Of a DNA stretch of 64,000 nucleotides, positions 43,560 to 56,288 are shown one piece after another; within the stretch, counting starts at the first letter, position 1; each line of letters starts with the position of its first letter. Origin of the DNA: Eledone cirrhosa (Eukaryota); the NCBI GenBank assembly GCA_964016885.1, contig OZ024745.1:23560001-23624000 (forward strand). The letters run 5' to 3'. Both the position numbers and the translations under genes were made by a program. Below the pieces are notes generated by a model, which made no database searches, was not told the origin of the DNA, and saw nothing but the letters and a program-made list of their open reading frames with translations.

Positions 43560-46500
43560 TGGGGATGGTATTGGTGAATGTAATTATGATAGTGGTGTAG
43601 TTGGTGTTGTTATGATGGTGGTGGTAGTGGTGTAGATAGTAGTGTAGTTGGTGGTACTGGTGTAGATAGTAGTGTAGTTGGTGGTGGTAGTGGTGTAGAT
43701 AGTAGTGTAGTTGGTGGTGTAGTGGTGTTGTTATGATGGTGGTGGTAGTGGTGTAGATAGTAGTGTAGTTGGTGGTGTAGTGGTGTTGTTATGATGGTGG
43801 TGGTAGTGGTGTAGATAGTAGTGTAGTTGGTGGTGTAGTGGTGTTGTTATGATGGTGGTGGTAGTGGTGTAGATAGTAGTGTAGTTGGTGGTGTAGTTGG
43901 TGTTGTTATGATGGTGGTGGTAGTGGTGTAGATAGTAGTGTAGTTGGTGGTGTAGTGGTGTTGTTATGATGGTGGTGGTAGTGGTGTAGATAGTAGTGTA
44001 GTTGGTGGTGTAGTTGGTGTTGTTATGATGGTGGTGGTAGTGGTGTAGATAGTAGTGTAGTTGGTGGTGTAGTGGTGGTAGTGGTGGTACTGGTGTAGAT
44101 AGTAGTGTAGTTGGTGGTGTAGTGGTGTTGTTATGATGGTGGTGGTAGTGGTGTAGATAATAGTGTAGTTGGTGGGTGTAGTGGTGGTAGTGGTGTAGAT
44201 AATAGTGTAGTTGGTGGGTGTAGTGGTGGTAGTGGTGGTACTGGTGTAGATAGTAGTGTAGTTGGTGGTGTAGTGGTGTTGTTATGATGGTGGTGTAGTG
44301 GTGTAGATAGTAGTGTAGTTGGTGGTGTAGTGGTGTTGTTATGATGGTGGTGTAGTGGTGTAGATAGTAGTGTAGTTGGTGGGTGTAGTGGTGGTAGTGG
44401 TGGTACTGGTGTAGATAGTAGTGTAGTTGGTGGTGTAGTGGTGTTGTTATGATGGTGGTGGTAGTGGTGTAGATAGTAGTGTAGTTGGTGGTGTAGTGGT
44501 GTTGTTATGATGGTGGTGGTAGTGGTGTAGATAATAGTGTAGTTGGTGGGTGTAGTGGTGGTAGTGGTGGTACTGGTGTAGATAGTAGTGTAGTTGGTGG
44601 TGTAGTGGTGTTGTTATGATGGTGGTGTAGTGGTGTAAATAGTAGTGTAGTTGGTGGTGTAGTGGTGTTGTTATGATGGTGGTGGTAGTGGTGTAGTTAT
44701 GGTGGTGGTGTGGTGGTGTAGTGGTGTTGTTATGATGGTGGTGTAGTGGTGTAGATAGTAGTGTAGTTGGTGGTGTAGTGGGGTTGTTATGATGGTGGTG
44801 GTAGTGGTGTAGATAATAGTGTAGTTGGTGGTGTAGTGGTGTTGTTATGATGGTGGTGTAGTGGTGTAGATAGTAGTGTAGTTGGTGGTGTAGTGGTGTT
44901 GCTATGATGGTGGTGTAGTGGTGTTGTTATGATGGTGGTGGTACTTGTGTAGATAGTAGTGTAGTGGTGTTGTTATGATGGTGGTGGTAGTGGTGTAGAT
45001 AGTAGTGTAGTTGGTGGTGTAGTGGTGGTATTGGTGGTACTGGTGTAGATAGTAGTGTAGTGGTGTAGTTATGATGGTGGTGTAGTGGTGTAGATAGTAG
45101 TGTAGTTGGTGGTGTAGTGGTGTTGTTATGATGGTGGTGGTACTCGTGTAGATAGTAGTGTAGTTGGTGGTGTAGTGGTGTTGTTATGATGGTGGTGTAG
45201 TGGTGTAGATAGTAGTGTAGTTGGTGTAGTGGTGTTGTTATGATGATGGTGGTACTGGTGTAAATAGTAGTGTAGTTGGTGGTGTAGTGGTGTTGTTATG
45301 ATGGTGGTGGTACTGGTGTAGATAGTAGTGTAGTTGGTGGTGTAGTGGTGTTGTTATGATGGTGGTGGTACTGGTGTAGATAGTAGTGTAGTTGGTGGTG
45401 TAGTGGTGTAGTTATGATGGTGGTGGTACTGGTGTTTGATAGTAGTGTAGTTGGTGGTGTAGTGGTGGTAGTGGTGGTACTGGTGTAGATAGTAGTGTAG
45501 TGGTGTTGTTATGATGGTGGTGGTAGTTGTGTATTTATGATGGTGGTGTGGTGGTGTAGTTATGATGGTGGTGTAGTGGTGTAGTTATGATGGTGGTGAG
45601 GTGGTGTAGTTATGGTGGTGGTGTGGTGGTGTAGTGGTGTAGTTATGATGGTGGTGAGGTGGTGTAGTTATGGTGGTGGTGTGGTGGTGTAGTGGTGTAA
45701 TTATGATGGTGGTGAGGTGGTGTAGTTATGATGGTGGTGTGGTGGTGTAGTGGTGTAGTTATGGTGGTGGTGTGGTGGTGTGGTGGTGTAGTGGTGTAGT
45801 TATGGTGGTGGTGTGGTGGTGTAGTGGTGTAGTTATGGTGGTGGTGTAGTTATGGTGGTGGTGTGGTGGTGTAGTGGTGTAGTTATGATGGTGGTGTGGT
45901 GGTGTGGTGGTGTAGTTATGGTGGTGGTGTGGTGGTGTAGTGGTGTAGTTATGATGGTGGTGTGGTGGTGTAGTGGTGTAGTTATGGTGGTGGTGTGGTG
46001 GTGTAGTGGTGTAGTTATGATGGTGGTGTGGTGGTGTGGTGGTGTAGTTATGATGGTGGTGTAGTGGTGTAGTTATGATGGTGGTGTGGTGGTGTAGTTA
46101 TGGTGGTGGTGTAGTGGTGTAATTATGATGGTGGTGAGGTGGTGTAGTTATGATGGTGGTGTGGTGGTGTAGTGGTGTAGTTATGGTGGTGGTGTGGTGG
46201 TGTAGTGGTGTAGTTATGGTGGTGGTGTGGTGGTGTAGTGGTGTAGTTATGATGGTGGTGAGGTGGTGTAGTTATGGTGGTGGTGTGGTGGTGTAGTGGT
46301 GTAATTATGATGGTGGTGAGGTGGTGTAGTTATGATGGTGGTGTGGTGGTGTAGTGGTGTAGTTATGGTGGTGGTGTGGTGGTGTAGTGGTGTAGTTATG
46401 GTGGTGGTGTGGTGGTGTAGTGGTGTAGTTATGGTGGTGGTGTAGTTATGGTGGTGGTGTGGTGGTGTAGTGGTGTAGTTATGATGGTGGTGTGGTGGTG

Positions 46501-47458
46501 TGGTGGTGTAGTTATGGTGGTGGTGTGGTGGTGTAGTGGTGTAGTTATGATGGTGGTGTGGTGGTGTAGTGGTGTAGTTATGGTGGTGGTGTGGTGGTGT
46601 AGTGGTGTAGTTATGATGGTGGTGTGGTGGTGTGGTGGTGTAGTTATGATGGTGGTGTAGTGGTGTAGTTATGATGGTGGTGTGGTGGTGTAGTTATGGT
46701 GGTGGTGTAGTGGTGTAATTATGATGGTGGTGAGGTGGTGTAGTTATGATGGTGGTGTGGTGGTGTAGTGGTGTAGTTATGGTGGTGGTGTGGTGGTGTA
46801 GTGGTGTAGTTATGGTGGTGGTGTGGTGGTGTAGTGGTGTAGTGGTGTAGTTATGGTGGTGGTGTGGTGGTGTAGTTATGATGGTGGTGTGGTGGTGTAG
46901 TGGTGTAGTTATGGTGGTGGTGTGGTGGTGTAGTGGTGTAGTTATAGTGGTGGTATGGTGGTGTAGTGGTTTAGTTATGGTGGTGGTGTGGTGGTGTAGT
47001 GGTGTAGTTATGGTGGTGGTGTGGTGGTGTAGTTATGGTGGTGGTGTGGTGGTGTGGTGGTGTAGTTATGGTGGTGGTGTGGTGGTGTAGTGGTGTAGTT
47101 ATAGTGGTGGTATGGTGGTGTAGTGGTTTAGTTATGGTGGTGGTGTGGTGGTGTGGTGGTGTAGTTATGGTGGTGGTGTGGTGGTGTAGTGGTGTAGTTA
47201 TGGTGGTGGTGTGGTGGTGTAGTGGTGTAGTTATGATGGTGGTGTGGTGGTGTGGTGGTGTAGTTATGGTGGTGGTGTGGTGGTGTAGTGGTGTAGTTAT
47301 GGTGGTGGTGTGGTGGTGTAGTGGTGTAGTTATGGTGGTGGTGTGGTGGTGTAGTGGTGTAGTTATGGTGGTGGTATGGTGGTGTTTTGGTGTAGTTATG
47401 GTGGTGGTGTGGTGGTGTAGTGGTGTAGTTATGGTGGTGGTGTAGTTGGCGGGTGGTG
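43560..47458. repeat. GT-rich complex tandem array (about 58-bp, then about 33-bp units; 596-bp higher-order duplication)
   Basis: Identical ORFs at 45852 and 46448 (offset 596). Confidence 0.92.
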
Positions 47459-47751
47459 GTTACGAGGTCGAAGTCAGATAAAGATAAAGTGAGATAGATG
47501 ACCTCGATGTATGAAGAGATATGAACGATAAGTTAGTGGTAGGAGGAGTTTGAAGAAGAGTGGAAGGATGAGGAGTTGGTAAGCCCGAGAAAGTATCAAT
47601 AGAATCTCTGTTGCTGATACTCAGGCAGGAGAGGTGAATAGCGGGGTGAACGAAATCTATATATATGTGTGCATACATCACATTTTAGAGTGAGTAAAGT
47701 ATAGTGTTTGGGGTGGACTAATACAAGCTCACAGCCAACAACTTGAGGGTT

Positions 47752-47942
47752 TACGTGGGTGATGAAAAGTTCCTGGCTTAAGGATATCGCCAAATGGTTG
47801 ATCTGCTACCTTTACATGGGGGGAATGGACGATACAATAAGTGTGTGAATCTGAGAGGGGAATATGTTGATTAAAATCATAATCAACTGATCCTCCTGTA
47901 TTTTCTTTTACCTAAAGACAAAGACTTTTCAGCACCCCGGTA
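47752..47942. mobile_element. Tc1/mariner-type MITE, second family
   Basis: TIRs TAcgtgggtgatgaaaagttc / gacttttcagcaccccggTA. Confidence 0.75.
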
Positions 47943-48228
47943 CACACACCGACCTCAACACATGAGTGGTAATGTCAACAATTTGTGAGTTTAACATACA
48001 TTGACCTCAGTATATGACTGGTAAGGCTAACAACTTGTGGGATCGCATACATCGATCCTTGTACATGACTGGTAATGTTAACAATTTGTGAGTTTATACA
48101 TACATCGAACCCAGTACATGACTGACAAAGCCAACAATTTGTGGGATTGCATACACTGACCTCAGTATATGACTGGTAAGGCTAACAATTTGTGGTATTG
48201 CATACATCGACCCCAGTACATGACTGAG
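47943..48228. repeat. About 51-bp diverged tandem repeat derived from the SINE A 3' part
   Basis: Unit contains atcgaccccagtacatgactggta, the reverse complement of the SINE segment taccagt...tactggggtcgat. Confidence 0.75.
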
Positions 48229-48329
48229 TCGGTTCGTCTCGCCTTTCTTTTGGAATATATTACGTTGCTTCGTAAGAAATGTCACTAGACACCACACTTT
48301 CTCTAGTTTTCTCTTTCTCCAGAAACTGA

Positions 48330-48652
48330 GAACGACTAAGCGCCAGGCTTAAACAATTCTCTGTGACGGCTTAATTATAACTCGAACACCCAGAACAGTT
48401 ATTCGGAACGATAACTCCCCCTAACATTTTCTACTCTGATATTATTGTATTTTAGAATTTCGGTAGTCAGGGGTGGTAGTTAAGAAAGATAGTCGAACGA
48501 CTAAGCGCCAGGCTTTCAACCAATTCTCTTCTACGGCTCAAATATAACTCACAGCGGTAACAGAGCGGTTATTTGGAACGGTAACTCCCCCTAAAACTTT
48601 CTACTCTGATATTATTGTAATTTCCGAAGAGAGAGGTGGTGGTTAAGAAAGA
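48330..48652. repeat. Diverged direct dimer of about 160 bp
   Basis: aacgactaagcgccaggctt...ttctactctgatattattgta...gttaagaaaga occurs twice. Confidence 0.85.
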
Positions 48653-49452
48653 ATGACGATGTGGTAAAAGTTAGAAAATAAAGAGAGGCTATGTCATGTA
48701 AGGTCATAAAGGTGGCTTTCTCAGTTCATGTTATTCAAGTGCGTAGTTTTTTGTCCTTGCTTCTGTTTTTATTGCTTCAGGTTTGTATATTTTTGTTGTT
48801 GTTTTTCCTATCTATTTATGTACATTTCAAAAAGAAAAAGAAAAAGAGAAATCCATTTCTTCTTCTTGTTGTTCCTGTTGTTGTCTTTGAAACCTTCATG
48901 TCCCTATAATTCTGGCTATGTTTGCGGCAATCATTCTATTTTTCCTGTTGAAATACTTCAATGTCTTTTTATACTCACGACTTACTTCGTGGGTTTGTTT
49001 CTTGTAATGTTTACTTTTAATCTATAATACTATCTTTTATTTTTCTTATTTATATTCTTTAGCGATTCTTTACATTGTCGGTATTGTAGTATATGTATGT
49101 ATACACACACACACACATACACACACACTCACCCCCCCCCCCATATATATGTGTGTGTGTGTATATTCTTCTGGTTTTATAATTTCACAAATTTTTTTCC
49201 CAATAGAGAGAGAGTCGGTTTCTAACATAGACACAAGACTCTCTCATTGGAATGTACACAACATCAAGATTATGTATGTATGCATGTGTAGATATGGATG
49301 TTATTGTATGTGTGGATGTGCATGTTTTGAGTTGTATGTGTGCATGTGTATATGCTTTGTATCTGTAAATGTGTATATGCAGTTATTAGATGCAACATTT
49401 TTGGAATGTTTTACATATTTTGTATGTGGGTGTGTATGTATGTATATATATA

Positions 49453-49768
49453 CCCGATCGCGCGGTTAAACCACTGGGAGTGAAGGACCCCTAGTCCTTG
49501 TCAGGGCATTCTTCTAGCAGAAGGCAACTCGGGAAACTGGGATAACTCCGATATAAAACCTGCGGCTCAGTAGTTACCGATGATGTTGATCTTTGCTTCT
49601 TTTCGGGTTATAGCTATTGTCTCTCAGAGAGTGGGATTGGCTCAGTGCACAGTCTTTCCTCACTTTAATAAACATCTTCACGCACAGGCATTGCACGATA
49701 GAATTTATTACTAATTATTGATAATGGTATATCGTGCAATGGCCATACTCGATAACGAGGGGGCAGCA

Positions 49769-49772
<4 letters not shown>
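49453..49772 (+). mobile_element. Short bipartite RTE-derived retroposon
   Basis: Similar to 1400-1610, joined directly to the tail ggccatactcgataacgag; a tail-only copy lies on the minus strand at 54098-54148. Confidence 0.6.
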
Positions 49773-49837
<65 letters not shown>

Positions 49838-49859
49838 ATATATGTATATATAAATGAAA

Positions 49860-51165
49860 GGATTACAAAGGAGAATACATACTGTTAGAACATGTTTATA
49901 CAAAAGCACCTACGTACGTTTCGCCCGAACAGGGCTTCTCAAGGGCATTCAAGTCTAGAGAGTGTTCAGCACTGAACCCAGAAGGGGTTTTAAAGTGATA
50001 GTCACATCAAAGTTCATTCTTGATTCAAACAGACATGTTGTTATTGTCACTGAGCAAGGGGAGTAACTCTGGCCGGTGTTTCAATAAATGTCCCCAAATG
50101 ACTTATTATCCGTTCGCATGATGGTTGTTTTCCATTACTATTTTATGGGTGCTACTTTACTATTGCCCAGTCAGGCCGGATCTGAGAGGCATAGTTGGTG
50201 TACAGATGTTTAGTTAATCAACCTACCCACCGGCGCGTTATGGTTTAGTGCAGGGGGACCCAGTTTATGGTGTTCAGGTCTCAACCGAGGTCCAACCATG
50301 GAATGACTGCTGTATTCTGTGTCTGCAGTTCATCACAGATTCTGCTCTGCTGTTGATGAGCTCTAGGGGTGCTCTTATGATATGGTAAAGTTCCACAAGG
50401 CAGAGCTCGCACTTCCTCTTGAAGTTGTACGGTGTTGCCCTGCTGACAATTTCCCAGTATGTGGAGAAGCTAATGATGGAGTCTTTTAATGCCGTGATGT
50501 AGTTGGCGAGTGACGTGGAGTATCTTAGCTTCTTGTTTCTAAAAGAGTGGAGATGTGTTCGAAATCTAGTTTTGAACGAGCCAGAGGTGGTCTCTATTTA
50601 ATGTTTGACGCTATTATCGCTAGTTATGGTGCACCTATAAATAACATTATTTGTCAGGAAACATCCCCTGAGCGGACAGCTTCCCTGATCTCGACAGTTG
50701 CATTGTCAGTCGCGGTCGCTCCTAGTGCCCGAAGTAAGGCCATTACTATCGTTACCTATCTTATTATCCACGCCACTGCCACTATCTCTGTAGTTAGTAC
50801 TATTATAACTGTAGTTAGTACTATTATATCCTATTGCGTGCGGGGTAGTACCATTATGTCTCCGCACGCCACAGCGCCTTCTGTTGCCGCCTCATGACCC
50901 GTACAGGTCACCAGCATGCTCCCGAGTCTCGCCGCGGTTATGTCGGTTGCGTCTATTGGAGCTGCCGCCAACACTGCCGGGTGCTGCTAGGGAAACGTTA
51001 AGGCTATTAGGGTTGCTATCAAGTCTAGACCTATCGCTGCTATAGTGCCGTGCTTTGGTGAGTTTACTGTAATTAGTTATCCCTATAATGTCTGCTAGAT
51101 TAGGTGTAGTGGAGAAGGATATTTTAATATTGTTCTTATTCAGGATCTTTGTTCTTATTGAGGAT
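49860..51165 (-). mobile_element. 5'-truncated Penelope-like element (Neptune-like) with GIY-YIG endonuclease relic and 3' pLTR
   Basis: KILNKNNIKISFSTTPNLADII ... CNCRDQGSCPLRGC..NVIYRC ... FKTRFRTHLHSF ... TSLANY ... PY ... CELCLVE ... CRH; in-frame stops; frame ends at 50274. Confidence 0.85.
49906..49947 (-). ncRNA. Minimal type I hammerhead with variant core in the PLE 3' region
   Basis: gccc TTGAGAA gccc tgttc gggc GAAAC gtac GTA ggtgc. Confidence 0.6.
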
Positions 51166-51413
51166 CATTTGTAACCGCTCTGCTTATATTCTTGCCCGCT
51201 AAATATTAACGCTTCCGATATTTAACCCTGTAGGCACAAGTATTGAGCTCAAATGCACCAGCTTTTGCCAATTAACTATATGTGTCGCTTATCCCTTTAA
51301 ACCTCAACTCTCTCACGATACGAAAATATTCTATATGTATATATATATGTAAATGTATTAATATATATGTATGTATATATATATATATATATTTATGTAT
51401 ATGTATATATATT

Positions 51414-51512
<99 letters not shown>

Positions 51513-51594
51513 ATATATGTATATATATGTGTGTATATATATATGTGTATATATATATATGTGTATATGTTTATATGTATATACATATATATGC

Positions 51595-51624
<30 letters not shown>

Positions 51625-51629
<5 letters not shown>

Positions 51630-52130
51630 AACGAGTAGGACCCCGACGGCTGAGCTCAAGCCGTTTCGACGGCTAATTCTGGACTAAATGAACATTTTTA
51701 CCCTTATTGTTCTACTTATTGTTTTGACTTCCCCCTCCCTAGTATCTTCTTTAACCTCATGCCCAGCTGTAGTCGGCACTATCAACGCATGATTGGGTCT
51801 CCTCCACCCCCTCTCCCTCTTTCTCCTACTGGCAGGTTTAGCTACCCCTTCCCTCCACAAATTGCCATCATAGAATTATTATGTCTCAACAACAAACTTT
51901 TGACCAATCCTTGTGACAATCACTTTGACCATATATGGAATTACCCCTTGAGAAGCTCGGCTTTTCAAATACCAGGATAAAAATGTTCATTTAGTCCAGA
52001 ATTAGCCGTCGAAACGGCTTGAGCTCAGCCGTCGGGGTCCTACTCGTTCCTATTGCCCACTCTACTACCCTAAGTATTGAGTACTTTGGTGCGTTATGGT
52101 CCATCTAGTTCCTTACCACATTTCCTCCGT

Positions 52131-52131
<1 letters not shown>
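51625..52131 (+). mobile_element. Fold-back element in (TA)n: 76-bp arms, about 78-bp tail
   Basis: 51625-51700 is the reverse complement of 51978-52053. Confidence 0.85.
51943..52038 (+). ncRNA. Type I hammerhead with variant core and extended helix II
   Basis: acccc TTGAGAA gctcggct [about 40 nt] agccgtc GAAAC ggct tgagctc agcc GTC ggggt. Confidence 0.65.
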
Positions 52132-52161
<30 letters not shown>

Positions 52162-52174
52162 AACGATCGACTTT

Positions 52175-52377
52175 CGTCAAATCGGACCGAGGAAACAATG
52201 TTTCCGTTGGTCTTTCCAATTGCTAATACTGTCTATCGGTCGCAACTCCAGGTAGAAGGAGCAACGTGAAATAAAGTGTCTTGCTCAAGGACATAACGCA
52301 TCGCTCCGTCCCAGAGTCGAACTCACAACATCACGATTGAGAATCCAATTCTCTAACCACTCAGCCACACGCCTTCA
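52175..52377 (-). mobile_element. tRNA-derived SINE family B
   Basis: A box TGGCTGAGTGG, B box GAGTTCGACTC, then ccttgagcaagacactttatttcacg. Confidence 0.85.
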
Positions 52378-52489
52378 TATATATACAAATATGTGTGTGT
52401 GTATATATATATGTGTTTATGTATATATGTATATGTGTATATATGTATATGTGTGTGTTTATGTATAAATGTATACATACACACACATA

Positions 52490-52539
<50 letters not shown>

Positions 52540-52542
52540 ATG

Positions 52543-52577
<35 letters not shown>

Positions 52578-52578
52578 T

Positions 52579-52631
<53 letters not shown>

Positions 52632-52654
52632 ATATATATATATATATATGTATG

Positions 52655-52687
<33 letters not shown>

Positions 52688-52690
52688 TTG

Positions 52691-52787
<97 letters not shown>

Positions 52788-52788
52788 T

Positions 52789-52859
<71 letters not shown>

Positions 52860-52873
52860 GTATGTATGTATGT

Positions 52874-52909
<36 letters not shown>

Positions 52910-52910
52910 T

Positions 52911-52948
<38 letters not shown>

Positions 52949-52980
52949 TGTAAATATATATATATATATATATATACATA
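52378..52980. repeat. (TA)n/(TG)n compound microsatellite with higher-order blocks
   Basis: Direct reading. Confidence 0.95.
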
Positions 52981-53413
52981 CCAAACACACTATATTATAT
53001 GAGGGTGATATCTTTCATTACTACTCTACCCTGTGTTTATTGTATATTTATCTTTTTTGGTGTTCGATATCTCGTGTTGTTGTTGTTGTTGTTTCTAATT
53101 GTAGTCGGCCATTTTATTGTTGTTGTTGTTATCTTTGATATAGTTTAAGTTGTTGTTGCTGCTGTTGTTGTTGTTATTCTGCTATTACTGATATCAAGTT
53201 GTTGCTGATGTTGTTATTGCTGTTATCACTCTGGTTCAAGGGGGCTGCCTTGTCACATATTGTGTTATGCTGAATCTCCCTGAGAAGTACGTTAAAGCTA
53301 CACGTATTTATGGCAGGTTCTGCTGCTTACCGGTTAATTTCAGGAGTGAGTAATTCCGTTAATTGAACCAACTGGATCACACGTCGTCAGAAACGGGGGA
53401 GGTCCAACACCAC

Positions 53414-53466
<53 letters not shown>

Positions 53467-53480
53467 ACACACACACACAT

Positions 53481-53527
<47 letters not shown>

Positions 53528-53614
53528 CACACATACATATACACACACATGTACACACACACACGCACACACACAAATACGCATGCACACGTACACACTC
53601 ACACACACACACAT

Positions 53615-53673
<59 letters not shown>

Positions 53674-53850
53674 CGATATTAACAAATGGAAAATATATTT
53701 ATAAAACCATATTTATTTCATTATACATATTTCAAGGACACCAAGTTAAATTATGGTGTGCTTTCATCAGATAAAATATAATATAGATCAGTTTTATAAA
53801 TAAATATTGACATACCCTTAAAGAATGCAACCATTGCTGTTGGAAGCTGC

Positions 53851-53971
<121 letters not shown>

Positions 53972-54152
53972 GTGGGCTTGTTAGAGAGGCGGGGTGTTAG
54001 AGAGAGAGAGGGAGAGAGAGAGGTGGGGTGTTAGAGAGAGAGGGAGGGAGAGAGAGAATCTTGTTTAAACTTTAAATATATATATATATATATATATACA
54101 TGATGGCTGCACCCTCGTTATCGAGTATGGCCATTGCACAATATAACATTAT

Positions 54153-54273
54153 TTCTGAGTTCAAATCCCGCCGAGGTTAACTTTGCCTTTCACCCTTACG
54201 GGGTCGATAAAATAAAGTACCAGTAATGTACTGGGTGTTTGCTGGCCTTGTGCCTAAAACAGAAACAATTATT
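54153..54273 (+). mobile_element. SINE family A, 5'-truncated
   Basis: Family core. Confidence 0.85.
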
Positions 54274-54566
54274 GACTAGAGCTTGTGTGTATGTCTGTTT
54301 ATGTGTGTATATGTTTGTATGTGTGTTTATTTGCATGTGTGTATGTATGTGTGTGTGTGTTTACATCTATATAAGTATATCTATGTCTGCCTGCGTATAA
54401 GTGCATGTAGTTTTGTATACATACATGTATACCCGTGCGTTTGTATGTATGTGTAAGTAACTGTGCGTGTATATATATGTATATATGAATGTATGTATAT
54501 CTGTATGTATGCATGTATGTATGTATGTATGTTTGGATGTTTGTAAAGTATGTACGTTTGTATGTT

Positions 54567-54599
<33 letters not shown>

Positions 54600-55459
54600 G
54601 TGTGCGTGCATGTGTGTTAGGGAGAAAGTAATACAGAGAGGGAGATAGAGAGAAAGAAAGTGGGTGAGTGAGAGAGATGATGAAGATGATGATGATGATG
54701 ATGATGAGAGAGAGAGAGAGTAGATGCGGTGGTGGTGGTGGGTGATGCAACTATGGCGCCTGCCTGCTACTGAGTTTACGACAGAGAAGATAAATACCAT
54801 GGCAACGAAACATGGTTGCAAACGGATAACATGTCTTACTGTTTTATTGTATCAGTAGAGTGTTATATAGTGTGGCTTTTTCTGACTGTTTTGGAGGGTC
54901 ACAATATCGGCACAATGATGGCACCCACGGGAGAACTGAGGGAGGTGGGTGAGGGTGAAGGTGAGCGAGTGTTGGTTGGGAAGTGTTGGATGGAAGAAGG
55001 GGAGGTAGAGATGGAAGAGAGGGAGGGTGGATGGAAGAGGGGGAGGGTGGAGATGGAAGAGGGGGTGAACGGGATGGAAGAAGAGGAGGTGGAGATAGAA
55101 GAGGGGGTGAGGGAGATGGAAGAGAGAGCGTGGAGATGGAAGAGGTGGGGGAGATGGAAGAGGGGAGGTGGAAGAGCTGGAGGTGGAGATGGATGAGGGG
55201 GAGGTAGAGATGGAAAAGGGGGAGGTGGAGAAGGATGAGGGGGAGGTAGAGATGGAAAAGGGAGGGTGGTGGAAGAGGGACGGTGGAGGTGGGAGGTGGT
55301 CGTAATGGAGATGAAAGAAGAAGGGCTGGTGGAGGTGGTGGAGGTGGTGGTGGTGGTAGAATTAAAGGTGATGGAAGCGAATGAGGAATGAAAAAGAAAG
55401 AGCGTTAATGAAAAACGAGAAAAGCTATTGGAGGCGTACTAGGTATTGGTGTGTGCGGA

Positions 55460-56214
55460 GAATGGTTTCTGCTGTAAGCCCGAAGCTTGACCCCTTCAAC
55501 AGCAATGCAACACACCCGCTGTAGTTTATGAAGCTGTGGTCACTTCCAACCGACCAAATCAACCACAGGATGTCAAATCCTATGTGGGTATGGCGGAGGG
55601 CCGATTTAAGGAACGCTTCCTGAACCACCAGTCGACCTTTAGGTACCCGGACAGACATTCATCCACGAAACTCGCGAGCCATGTATGGTCCATCAAGGAC
55701 TCAAGTTTAGACTATTCCATTCAATGGAAAGCCATCACTAAGTCCAAGCCATACGTAAGGGGAAATCCGTAGTGTGGACTATGTATTGATGAACGAATAA
55801 ATATTCTAAAGAGATTACGCAATAGTGATTGCCTAAACACGAGGAATGAATTCTTCAAGTGTTGTCCACACGCCTGGAAACACCTCTTACATAACTACAA
55901 AGCTCGGGAGTGAATTACAACAACATCCTAATTTTCTTATCAACTAGAAACTTTCGGTCTTTCGCAGTTATTTCCCTTACACCTCTCGCACGCAATTTAG
56001 TATTGCCTGCGTGAAGTGATCGTTTCCGCGCATGCGCGTTCGTACGGTTGTCTTTCCTGTTCCGTGTAACCATGTCCATTACGAGCTGAGGATCCGCTAA
56101 GGTGAAACAATTGTTCTCGGTATGGTGAACTAACTGTTGTGTAACCACTTCTACCTAACTCGTCCCATGGACTGAGTGCTCTACCACTACGGATATTACC
56201 TTCTAGTGTTCTAC

Positions 56215-56218
<4 letters not shown>
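55460..56218 (+). mobile_element. Penelope-like element 3' part: GIY-YIG relic (55460-55913) plus pLTR ending in (TA)n
   Basis: FCCKPEA*PLQQQCNTPAVVYEA...SYVGMAEGRFKERFLNHQSTF...TKLASHVW...SKPY..*CGLCIDER...LNTRNE..CPH. Confidence 0.88.
56082..56119 (+). ncRNA. Minimal type I hammerhead in the PLE 3' region
   Basis: cgag CTGAGGA tcc gctaa ggt GAAAC aatt GTT ctcg. Confidence 0.65.

Positions 56219-56287
<69 letters not shown>

Positions 56288-56288
<1 letters not shown>

Noticed and set aside
43560-47458. Telomeric or subtelomeric repeat
   Set aside because: No TTAGGG arrays; irregular GGT/AGT units
47460-47681. Minus-strand terminal exon
   Set aside because: No recognisable motif, and the acceptor lies in TA repeat; unsupported
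50547-50897. Plus-strand 116-aa hydrophobic ORF
   Set aside because: Antisense shadow of the PLE linker
52300-52377. tRNA gene
   Set aside because: A and B boxes are present but continue into a SINE body repeated at 26075; I see no full cloverleaf
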